From NCBI RefSeq assembly GCF_001194135.2, contig NC_068981.1, positions 172,719,058 through 172,783,057 on the forward strand: a stretch of DNA of 64,000 nucleotides. Reading direction: 5' to 3'. This document shows positions 52,401-64,000 of this stretch, piece after piece. The stretch is from Octopus bimaculoides (Eukaryota). Made by a program: the position numbers and the translations under genes. The notes below the pieces were generated by a model. That model was not told where the DNA came from. It did not search any database and saw nothing but the letters and a program-made list of their open reading frames with translations. Every line of letters begins with the position of its first letter. Position 1 is the first letter of the stretch.

Positions 52401-53369
52401 ATATTGACTAGATGTTTAAATTGGCTTCATCTAAAGGAGCTAAGGATATATTGTCATATAAAACATGTGACCAAGAGCTAATAGAGGATTGTATTTATCT
52501 TCAGTGAGCATATGACTGTGTGTATGTGTGTAAGCATTTGTGTGACAAATATGTATGTGTACTGTGTTCAAGATAATTACATGATTTGTTTATAAAACAA
52601 TATTACATTTCCCTTGCACACTTTCCTCTATCATCGTTTTAGAATGGTTTGAATGAAACCTTGCTATAAAACAATCCTTTTCGTGTTTCTTCACTTTTCT
52701 GAAATGGTAGCAATTTGGAGTAAACCAAGAAAAGTCTTTTGTTCAGACTATTTTCATATATAATTTAGAGCCTTTTTTTTCCTTTCCATTATTTATTTTG
52801 ATATATTTTTTTTTCATTTTATATACATTATTTTTCTTTACTGTTCCCATGTCTATCTTCTCCTTCTCTCTCCTGGCTGCAGACACTTCATTACATTTGA
52901 CTGCATTTATCATTATTGTTTCAAATGATGATGAAGTGGTCATTGACAAGTTTAGACAATACATTTATGTATAAAGCAAAGAATATGAAATCTGATATAT
53001 AATGTACATGTGAGCATGCATGTGCATACAAAGAGTGAAGATATTTTCTTTACCTCTCACTTCAATAGGCAAGTGCTGCAACATTGAAACTACTAGGATA
53101 CTTACTGTTTAGTTTATTTCCTCTTGGCAACCAATAAAAAAAATAATCATTAACCTGCCAAGGTCAATTCTGCCTTCCCTCTTTCAGGGTCAGTAAAAAG
53201 TACCAGTCAAGTACTGGGGTTGATTTAAAATTGCTGGCCTTGTGCCAAAATTAGTAAGAATTATTACTATTATTATTTATGTTCTAATTTCAAGCCCCAC
53301 TGAGGTTAATGCACTCTCCTCAGAATTCCAGGCCTTGTACCTATGGTAGAAACAATATAAAATAATCCC

Positions 53370-53411
<42 letters not shown>

Positions 53412-53610
53412 GGCAGCAAGCTGGTAGAATCTGAGATGCTTAGTGACATTTCTTCTGGCTCTTTATGTTCTGAGTTCAAATGCTGCCAAGGTCAACTTTG
53501 CCTTTCATCTTTTCAAGGTTGATAAAATAAGTACTAGTTAAGCACTGGGGTCATTGTAATCAACTTATTCATACTTCCCTAAAAATGCTGGCCTTGTACT
53601 TGCAGTAGGA
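53412..53610 (+). mobile_element. tRNA-derived SINE family C, decayed
   Basis: gagttcaaatgctgccaaggtcaactttgcctttcatcttttcaaggttgataaaataagtac matches the core of 28452; preceded by (ATT)n. Confidence 0.7.
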
Positions 53611-54189
53611 AGGATCATTATTATTTGAGTACTTCATTTGATTAACCTCACAGTGCCAATATTCAATAAGGAGGTGCATAGTTAATAGGTCTGATGTGGT
53701 TGCAGAATGACAGTCTGGTAGGGCTTGAACAATTAAGTTCCCTCCTTACCAAAAGTGGTGCATTCACCAGAGGGGTTTTTTTTTTACACCTGAGCAACAG
53801 TATTCAAAATGATTAGTCAGTTTGAAAGCAGATGCCCTTCCTATCCTCATCATTATTATTTGTGCACAATACCAAGAGGAATTACTGACTAAGGATTCTC
53901 AACAGAACCCAATCAGTTGACTGATTTGGCAGCAAAAATTACTTAAGTTATCTTACAACAGATACCTGGGGATTTTTAGAAGAATATATTACACACCAAT
54001 AGCATACATACACTTCATACCAAGTTAGGCCACCAATGCTGACATTCAATCACCACCTGGAAATTTGCCATATAATTAGATGTGACAGTCTTAAGAGCTG
54101 CTCAAATGACTTTGTGATAATAATTTAAACCATAGTCTAGAAACTTCATTAGATGGTTCAAAGATTCTCTCCATGTAAGTATTATGTTG

Positions 54190-54660
54190 AATCTAATGGC
54201 TTTCTGGATCAACATTTTCATGATCAAATTCGATGTGGTCTATGATATTGATCCCAAGAAGGATATCCTTAAACTGCCCTGTGGTGTTTATTGTAAAGAA
54301 AGGAATAACTATATCTCTCACCTTTGCAAACATTGAATGCACAATCAATCCTCTGGTGTGAAGAGTAAATAAAACTAAACCTTCCCTGAAAACGTCTGCC
54401 TTTAACTGATTTAAGTCAGCAAAGATTTTACAAGCAGTGAAATCCACATGCTATGTGGACAACTTGTCACAGTTTGTAAGTGGTTCTGATATCAACATGG
54501 CAGTAGTTCTGTTTTGGAAGAAATTCTCTTTAGTACTTATTCTGATCAACCAAAATATCTTTGTATTAGATGGCACAACTGCAATTACAATGAATTACTG
54601 TTTGCATTTGTTGGCTGCTGCTCCAGCGGAACTTGACCTGTAAACATTAAGAATTGATGT
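54190..54660 (-). mobile_element. Highly decayed LINE (RTE-like) reverse transcriptase fragment
   Basis: Minus translation FADLNQLKADVFREGL...VIPFFTINTTGQF loosely resembles the RT motif FVDLTKAFDTVSREGL...FHDGMTGQV. Confidence 0.35.
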
Positions 54661-57600
54661 AAATTGCCTCCATTGAAATGTTTGAACCATGAATCCCCCT
54701 CTCCCTCCTCCCCCTGCAAGAATCTCTATTAGAACATCATTTCTAAAGCTGAATGACTTCCTTCATCTGCCTTTGATAGTAAAGATGTTGTCAGATAGTA
54801 AAGGCTTCATTGGTTTGGTCATCTGCAACACATGGGGGAAGAGAGGTGTTAACTAAAGGTGCTCATTTGTACAGGAGACAGCCAAAGTCATGCTGGATTT
54901 TTTCTTTTCTTTTTTTGATGGGGTGACTGGCACAAGACTAAGAAAAATGAAGGAGGAAGTAGAGTATACAACCATATCGACTTGATCTCAATGGCATCCA
55001 CACCTCATGTATAGGGAACAATGGATGGAAAAAAACTGTGCAATTGTATTAGTGATAGTAGTAGTAGTAATAGTAGTAGTAGTAGTAGTAGTAGTTGTAG
55101 TAATATCAGAATGGTGAGCTCCATTGAGTAGTGGTAAACTCCTGCCAAGTTAAATCCACGTCCCAATTTCAATTCCCAGCTGGAGCCATTTCACTTCACT
55201 TTCATCACTTATGCCCTTGGGAAAAGCATGACCATTACAACTTCCTATTTCCCCTTCTCCCCAAACATTTCAGGCTTCACATGTCTATGTAAGAAACATT
55301 ATTAGAAGATTAGTATGGAATTGAATGATGTAAGCTGCTATTGGGTATAACTTTTTTTTTTATAACACAGAATCATGGTTCAAATTATTGTTTTTCATCT
55401 TTAAAGAGAAAACAATAATGACTTTAAATTGACCTGCATACTGACAGCTATATATGTATATTTACATATAATCTTTACTAGCATTCAGTTCTAGTATATA
55501 AAGCAATATATGCTTTAATTTACTGACTAAATGTAATTCTATGTTTAGTTCTTGTTTCAAGAAAGAGACTTACAGTTATTTGTTACTTTCTTTTCCAATT
55601 TGGTTTTCCTTTTTTTTTCTTATTTTGTTTCCCTTTCTAATCTAAATCTGTTTTATAAATTTTAATTCTTTAAGCAAAATCTATCATTATTAATTAACCA
55701 TTCTGAAAGAACAGATAATGGTAGTTATAGTAATGATGGTGATGATGATAATAATTATATTAAGATTGAAATAACATCTACAAGTTTTAAAAGGCCTAGA
55801 GGCTGCAGAATATTATTATTTTGCAATTGTTTTTTTGCTGAACATTTTCACAGATTTGTTTTCTTAGTGTAGCTCGTGATTAAAATTGTTTTTAAACCTT
55901 TATCAATTAATCCTGCCTAATTTACATTTTTATACTTTTTCTATTTTTCGTCTTTGCTCCAAAGATACCTGTTAGACATTATGTTCATCTCGATATATCT
56001 GTGTAATATAAATGTTCTAGAAAACACTCAGTACTTGCATTTCTGTCTATGTAGCAGTCTTGTATACATGCCCATAGCATGATTCATGTGATTTTATCAC
56101 TTGGTAAATTGGTCACTTACAGGGTGGGGTTTTTTTGGGTTTTTTATAAACCCATTTACAAAAATATTCATTGTCACTTTGTTCACAAAAACCTGACAGC
56201 TGGTGTCTGCATCAATGCTAAGGTTTTCAAAAGAAAAATTATAATTGTGGAATGGGTTGTTTGTGATAAGAAAAAAAAAAGTGAGAGAGAGAGAAAAGAA
56301 AAGAAAAAATTCTAAAACAAATTAATTGGTTAAATACAAATGCTTGAAATATAGTTGTTATGAATTTGTATGCTTTTTATTTTTTTTTTAATCATTATTT
56401 TTTCATACTTTTATTGAATTTGGAACTGATTTTTATAATAAAAGATTTTTATTTATGTATTTTTTTTAATTAAAAATTATTTTCCCGATTTCTGCAAAGT
56501 AAATTTAAGGAAAATACTAACATTTAACTGCTGTCTAAGTAGTCATACTTAATGTTCTTCTAATGTCATAATTTCTTACAATCATTTCAAAATAGATATT
56601 TATATGGAGAGAAGCTTATACAAGCTGAAGGGATCCAAGCCATACCTGGGATAGGCTTTGTTAGACAGTTTGACAGCCTCAACTTGACCAAAAATTGCTG
56701 AGGTTGAGAAAGGGTCCTTTTATTTTATTCCCTTGATCATTTTTTTCTTTTTTCTTTTTTTTTTTTTTTTACGTTCATCATTTGCTAAAGCTAATGTGAT
56801 GATGGAGACTCCTTTATTTTACAAAAGACGAAAGACTAAGAGGAAATCTGTGAAAGCCACCTTCTTCTTGAGCTCTATGGTAAATCCAGAGAATTGGGGT
56901 CCAGTGTTCTTTTTTAGCACTGGAAAAAAAAATGTTTTAAACAGCATGTGTATATCTGTATTGTAGCAGCTGTCCATGTCTGTTTTGGACACTGTTCCTG
57001 AAGGCTGTAGCGCCTTCAGTGTGATGTCTCAGTGATGGAGGTGCTCTCCAATAATTGTAACTTTAACAATGGTGGCATTAATTTTTGACATGTAAAATGC
57101 AGTGATAAGCTTGCCTATTAAAATTTTCTTTCAACATGTACTCTGTGATGTCTGTTGCTTTCTTTTTTTTTCTTTTCCTCTCTCTCTCTCTCTCTCTCTC
57201 CCTTTCTCTGTTGATTATGTGAATTACAGGTGGAAAATTGGAGAAATCATTTGAACATCAGACAAACTGTTTTGCAGTATTTGTTCCCATGTCTTTCTAC
57301 ATTATGAGTTCAAATCCCACCAAGGTCAACTTTACCACTTATTCTTCTAGGGTACTTGTTAGAGTGTTGGACAAAACACTTTGTGGTATTTGTTTTAACT
57401 TTTAAATATTATGAGTGTCAAAACAGGTATCAAACTTCTATCTGACAAGACAGTGCCTTATAAGAATTACCTGGAGGAAGGCAACAAGAAACACCTTGGT
57501 ATTCCTCAATGAAGTTACCAGGAATTGTCAACCTGATGGCACAAAGTAAGGTAGGATGTCAATTGCTGTTCAGTTGCAGGTCAACCCTAACTGAACAGAC

Positions 57601-59430
57601 TTAAGATTAAAATCCTTCCAGCCATTTTAGAACTGTCTTTCTTTTTAAGTTATTCATATCTAAGACTACATTATCCAAGCCTCTCCTGTCAAAACAGTAC
57701 AGAAAGATTTGGGTGCTATATTTCAATTCAACAACCATGTAGAGGCTCACTTCTTTGGCTTGTATGTCATTTACTTTAATTGGAAGGTATACATATTCAC
57801 GCTATATAGAGGTAGTGATGCAGATAAACACAATCAAGCTTGACATGTATATCAATATATAGTTTCATACAGCTACATATATGCATGAAGATATATATAT
57901 ACATAGAGCATAAAAAATACAGAATGCTAAAAAGAGAATACAGAGTTTCTTAACTCGACAGCTGTTTCGGATTTACATAATGTGCAACCAGTAAATAGTC
58001 ACACATGATAAATCTGCTTCGCTTTATCAAGAGAAAATTGGCAAAAGCTTTTGAACTTGGTCCCATTTAACTCAACCCTTTCCCTGTCCAAAGCATTTTC
58101 ATAACTTTGCCCCAAACATCCATACTTGTTCTCAGACATTTAGTTCTGAGTAATATAAAATTTGCCTTCCATAAGTCCTAAGTTACCCTGGTAACTTGGC
58201 ACTTATGAAAGGCAACACAAAATTTGGGGAATGCGTATGATATACGATGCATGGATGCCAGGGAAATATGTCCGTATATCATATGTGATACACAGGACAG
58301 ACAAAAGGTTAATAAAGTTTATTCTAAATGTATGATGATCTCACTGCTGCTAGTTCCATGTAAAAAGCACCCACTACACTCTGTAAAGTGACTGATGTTG
58401 AGAAAGACTTGCCATAGAAAATAGGCATTAAATGATGATGTTTTCTATAGATTGGTCAACAATACCAAATTATATCAATAGATTTAATGGTAGTTATATC
58501 ATCACTTATGATAAAATCTTTTAATCACCAGCTTATAGTCAAATTGAATAATGGCTGCAAATATACGTGAGAAAGTGTGATCACTGCTGCAACTTATACA
58601 GGTCTGTGTAATATTACAGTCGGAACTAAATAGTATTTTACATCACTATTACTATACAGTATGCACAACTACCTGTTCATTGTATCAATGAGTGACCAAG
58701 TATTATACTCTTGTGTAATTTTCAGGAAGAAACTGACAGAGCCAGATGTTTGAATTATAGGTACAGGCCTTTATTGGCTTCTAAATATTCCAAATAATAA
58801 AAAATTAATAAGTCTAAAGGCATAGACATGACTGTGTAGTTAAGAAGCTCACTTTACAGCTATGTGGTGTCGGGTTGGGCCTACCTGCATAACAATTCTT
58901 TTTTTACCATAACCTATGGCTGAACAATGCCATGTCAGTGGAATTTGATGGAAGAAAACTTTGCAGAAACCCATTGTATGCATGTGTGTATGTAGGAATT
59001 ATTCTAATGAAAAGCACCGTGACTGGGATTCAAAGTTTTGCTGGCAGTGGGTTATCAGACCATTAGGTAGTTTGTGGCTAGAATAAGTATTAGATGGAGT
59101 GAAAGAGGTTATGGGGATGTAGCGAATAAGGGTTAAATGAGAGAGGAGTGGCAAATTGACACGTGCACACAAGGATGTGTTGAAAGAGAAGGTATTATGC
59201 AGATAATATGTAAGTATGCAGACTGTCGAATGTGTAGATGCATGTGCACTCAGACACATATAGACAGGTGTGTGTTTAAAATTTACAATGAAAATAACAG
59301 AAGACAAAGTATAAGTATTACTTTAATGCTCAGTGAAAGATTAAGAAAGTAGAAATAGGAGAGTATTGGAGTTTGCTTGAAGCATTGTGTATTGTGTGTA
59401 AAACCGATTATAGCAGTGACTCCATCTAAG

Positions 59431-59468
59431 AATATCTGAAGAAGGAATTGTATTCCGAAATATCATCT
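59431..59468 (+). ncRNA. Minimal hammerhead-like motif, second family
   Basis: aatat CTGAAGA a GGAAT-tgt-ATTCC GAAA T ATC|atct. Core and 5-bp stem II intact; stem I only partly paired. Confidence 0.5.
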
Positions 59469-61470
59469 GACTATGGATAACTAAATTACAACAGGTATAT
59501 CGTCCATTTTTTGTATTATAATGCATTGTTGTACCATTCAAAACTTTTTATTCTTTAAGAAAGTAGAAGTATTTTTAATGCTTTGAGCTTAAATACTTAT
59601 TCAGAAAGCGAACTAGAAGAAAAATATGGGAATAACAGAAAAATAAATATTGTTCTGCTCAAATCATGTTGGAAAATGCAGTTTTAATGACCATATGTGA
59701 CCCAGAAGGATTGAGGTTTTTAATTCAAAGACAATAGAGGTGATTAATCAAAAATTATATATCTGTATGTGTGCCTATTTTTATTGTGTGTTGTGCACTC
59801 AATACACATGGGATTGTATGTATGGGTCTATAGTCATGATGTGTATATATGTGAGTATGCCATTTACACGTCTATGTTATTTAAGGTTGTACATGCACAT
59901 TTTGATTGTAATTATGCTCGTGTGGAAGTGATGTGAGGATGTAAGTCAAACTGTGTATGTATGTGCTTACACAGTATGTGTATGTGCTTACACAGTATGT
60001 GTATGGACTTTTATTGAATGTGTGTTTGGTTGTATTAGGGTGCATACAGGTTTGAATATGCTTGTATACATGAGGGTAGGGAGGAGGATGTGTGCATTAA
60101 AAAATTGTAGTGGTTGAGTTCATTAGGAATGAATGTTTGAAAAGTGAAAAGGAATTCCTGGTTGTATTAGTGACCAGAGCCTGGAGAATTATGTAGGGTT
60201 CCACTGAACACAAGAGATACCAAAGAGGGGATTGATTTACAGAGCAGAAATGACATGAATCAGAGAAGCCATTACATGTATTTGTATACATGCATACTCA
60301 AAGACATGTACACACACACACACACCAGAAAATATCCATTAAAAATATCAAAGGACAAATACAAAGAAACATGTAAATAAAATTAGGTATGTATGCCTGG
60401 AACTGGGGCATGAGTAGAAGGTTGAGGGTGGGAACCATTGAAATTTAAATTCAAGGTATGTTCTAAAGAAGCAATGATTAGATAAGTGAGGGAATGAGGT
60501 TACCTAAATACAAGAACTGAGATTTAGAAGAAAGGAGAGGAAAACAAATTTTCCAAAAATTTGGGAAGATTCATTGCAAGAGGAAAAGTGAAAGTAATAT
60601 GAAAATTTAAACATGAGAAGGGAGAAGAAGGAAGAATATCAAAATATTGTAAAATTTGAGACGTCACTGTGTCTTTAGTTATCTCATATTCTTATTCTTT
60701 CACTCTCTGCATTTGTTCGAAGTGTTTTTGAATTGTACCTTGGTATATAAAATAATGATATGTATAGTCAAAAGCACTATTTCAGTACAAAAATGAAAAA
60801 AATTGTGAAATACCCCGCACTAGCTTAAAAACCTCACTCCATGCGGACTTTTAAGCTAGCTCCTGCAGAGGGCGAATTGGGCCTCCAGCTCAAAACTAGA
60901 GAGAGCTAAATAGCATGACTATAATACGTCTATAATGACTATATGCCCTGGTGATGTTTGATCAGAGGTTAAGGACAGATGAGAATTAATTCTGTAATGC
61001 AGTCCTAAGTTGAATACCAACTGTTGGACAATTTGTCCCAAAGTTCTTATCTCAAACGTAAACACAGATTTCATTTATCTCCCCCTTGATCTCTGACAAA
61101 TGCCAATGAAGATGGCATAAATCAGCCAAGCTTTACTTGCTAGAAATAGCAACCCGAATCAGATCCCAATGCTGGATGTTCAAGAACTAAATGAAGGGCA
61201 GATTTTCAATCCTGGGATCATAACGATTCCAAAAAGGTATAATATGTCTATGTAGAGCAAATGTAAACTGAGATACAGGGATCCCAGACGGACAGACAGA
61301 ATTTCACCTCTTTTAATATAGATATGTGTATACATTTATCTATGTCTGTCTATCTATTTGAAATCAGAAATGTGATTAGGAAGCAAACTTTTCACCTCAC
61401 AGCCATGCGACCGCGTGTGTATCGTTGGCGATTTTCTTTCTCCATCTTCCCTTCTTTGGACTTTTTCTGT

Positions 61471-61506
61471 ATTTCTGATGAAGAGCTCTGCTCGAAACAT
61501 GAAATC
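61471..61506 (+). ncRNA. Degenerate minimal hammerhead-like motif, third family
   Basis: attt CTGATGA a GAGC-tct-GCTC GAAA CATG aaat. Core and stem II present; cleavage triplet appears mutated. Confidence 0.5.
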
Positions 61507-61743
61507 CTCCTTCTTTTCTTTCCTTTCCTGAGCATCCAATAACACTGTACTTATTCCATGTCCTCGCATTGTTGTTTTTTTGTGTTTTTTCTTGCTTGTT
61601 CATGTTTGGATTGACTATATGCTGCATGCTCACACGGACCCCAGCCTTCTGACTGACTTTGGAGATACCAATTCCTGGATATACCAGTTCCTTTGAAGAT
61701 ACCAGTTCCTGTTCATTTGGAATCTTGATTAGAAATCATCATC

Positions 61744-61778
<35 letters not shown>

Positions 61779-61835
61779 TAGAGAGAGATTGAGAGAGAGA
61801 GAAAGAGGGAGGGAGAGATAGTGTACATATATATA

Positions 61836-62975
61836 TTGGGTCATCCCATAAATAATGCGGTTTTTTTCAATTGCATGAACTAAAAATCAGAGTGGGGCAG
61901 GATAAACTACCTGCATCAACATGCTATAAAAGCAGATAGTAATTTTACCTTGTCCTTATTCTTAGTGCAAGTTTTGAAGAGTGCAGTTCGATTTTAACAG
62001 TTATTTTTTCAAAGCTATAATGGAAGTTACAAAGGAGCATATTCAGCATATTTTGCTTTATGAGTTCAAGAAAGACAAAAACGCAATGGAAAGTGTGAGG
62101 AATATTAATGCAGTATATGGGGATTAGACAATAAGCGTAAACCAGTGTCAACGGTCATTCCAGAAATTCTGAGCTGAAAACTACAGCCTAGAAGATGAGT
62201 CTCATCCTGGAAGATCTGTAGAGCTAGATGAGGACATCCTGCAAACCCTAACTGTTGAGGAACTAGCAGAGAAGCTTGTATTTGGTCATTCAACCATTCA
62301 TTGACACCTATGTGCCATTGGAAAAGTCAGCAAATTGGATCAATGGGTTCCTCACAGACTTTCTGAGTCTAATCGCACACAGAGAGCGAATGTGTGCTCT
62401 TCTATGCTGTCACATCTCACAAATGAACCTTTTTTGGACTGAATAGCGACTGGTAACGAGAAATGAGCTCTCTATAAAAATGTCAAGTGCTGAAGACAGT
62501 GAGTAGGGAAAGGAGAAACACTGGCACCCCAGGCTAAAGAAGGTCATCACCCACATAAAGTGTTGTTATCTGTTTGGTGGGATATGAAAGGTTTAGTCCA
62601 CTTTGAACTTTTAAACCCAAATCAAACAATAACAAAGGAGATCTACTGCAAGCAGCTTGAGTAGTTTAAGTCAGTGGTTGAAGAAAAATGACCATCTTTG
62701 GTTTCAAGACGAAAGGTGTTTTTCCATCGGGATAATGCTTGGCCACATACAGCAAGGATGACATTCCAAAGGCTGGAGCAGTTTGAATGGGAAACGATGC
62801 CCCACCCACCATATTTGCTGGACATTATCCCATCTGATTATCATTTATTCCGCAGTTTTCAAAATCATTTGGACAGAAAAAATATGACAAGGTCAGAATG
62901 GTATTTTTCATCATGGACAAGTCAATTTTGGAAGAGGGGGCCTTGCAAGTCTACCAGATAGATGGAAGAGCATAA
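61836..62975 (+). mobile_element. Decayed mariner transposon (left TIR plus nearly full-length transposase pseudogene)
   Basis: TA|ttgggtcatcccataaataatgcgg left end; ATG at 62020 giving MELQKEHIQHILLYEF...WVPHRL...ATGNEK*...VWWDMKGLVHFELL...FFHRDNAWPH...HPPYLLDIIPSDYHLF; stops and frameshifts. No right TIR seen. Confidence 0.93.
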
Positions 62976-62989
62976 AATTCAAGAGTAGA

Positions 62990-63295
62990 TTCTCATTCAA
63001 AGTAAATGCAGATATGAACTGCAAGACACATAATCTCATATACTGCATTACTTGCCCCATCTGCAAGGAAAATTACATTTGTGATACAAACAATTCCCTC
63101 TGCCAACGTGTAAGAATCTACAGACAACACATCCAACAAGAGGAATTGTGCAAGATTCCACTGAGCAAATATCTAGAAATATGCAGTAAAAGAAAGTTCA
63201 AAACCTTTCTCTTTTACAAATGTTCAAGAGATGACCCAAAGTTCTGAAAAGCAAAGGAGCTACACCTTATCAAAAAATTCTCTCCAAAATTAAAT
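62990..63295 (+). mobile_element. Penelope-like element GIY-YIG endonuclease fragment
   Basis: MNCKTHNLIYCITCPICKENYICDTNNSLCQRVRIYRQHI...PLSKYL...FLFYKC...*KAKELHLIKKFSPKLN. NLIY-CxxC-YI(G)xT..R..H pattern and PxLN end typical of PLE endonucleases. Confidence 0.85.
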
Positions 63296-64000
63296 GTTTC
63301 AAAGAGAAGCAGAGGAACTACAGTTTGTCAAAAAGATTGGAAAGAGAAACAGAGACAATATGCATGGTTAGCTCACACAAACGCTGTGCCCAGCTAATAT
63401 GACTAGGGAGAAATAATGCAAATGAATGCTCCAATGAATGCTATATTGCTGTCTAACAATATTCACATACCATGTAAGGTGACATCAATGTATGTTAGAT
63501 GATTTTGGTGTTTGTCAAGAAGGCTTCTTTGTGGTCATTTTACTACCTTATTATTATTTTTTTAATAGTAATGATGATGGATGAAGAGAAAACATTTATA
63601 TTACACTGTTATTGTTGTTTTTTAATGTGGCTCCAATGTTAATGTGACACTCATCTCTATAAATGATCAGGTATATATATATAACATTGAGATTTTGACA
63701 ACTGTTGTTCTTATAGAACTTACATACACCTGAGAAACAATACTAGAACCATTTTGCCACTTGGCAAAGTAATTCGTGAAAAAGATCTCTTTTGAATTAT
63801 CTTATCCAAGCAAGAAAAAGAAAAAGAAATCCTACAAAGGATGAAAGATACTCAAAAATATATTTAAGCAGGCCTTGCTTTGTTATATAATTTATATAGA
63901 GTGGCTTCCAGCTAAATATACAATATACAGATCATTACAAAACTCATTTATGATGTTTGATTAAATGTACATACAGAATAGATTGAATTATAAGCAGTAC

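Overview
AT-rich metazoan genomic DNA with assembly gaps and (TA)n/(CA)n microsatellites. The SINE, RTE-tail and mariner repeat families look like those of an octopod cephalopod (inference from repeat recognition, not a database search). The main feature is the 3' two-thirds of a plus-strand C3G/RAPGEF1 gene: 15 phase-consistent GT-AG exons from 8857 to the stop at 44614, about 880 codons. They encode four Crk-SH3-type PxxPxK motifs, a YDNV motif, the 'KKKHIQTYMQ' segment, a REM domain and a CDC25 RasGEF domain. The N-terminal exons lie upstream or were not identified. Two themes stand out. (1) The 11-kb intron splitting the REM domain carries a cluster of candidate in-frame cassette microexons (best: 30 nt, GSQEDLVNEE), and the next intron carries a 69-nt in-frame cassette. 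(2) There is a Penelope-like element (PLE)/hammerhead ribozyme theme: decayed PLE RT and GIY-YIG remnants, three unrelated minimal hammerhead-like motifs, and a tRNA-headed short element ending in an intact-looking minimal hammerhead, inserted head-to-head with an inverted copy of itself inside the microexon intron. Microexon calls are sequence-only predictions, and chance AG..GT matches are expected in AT-rich introns. No bacterial-type features or CRISPR arrays are present.
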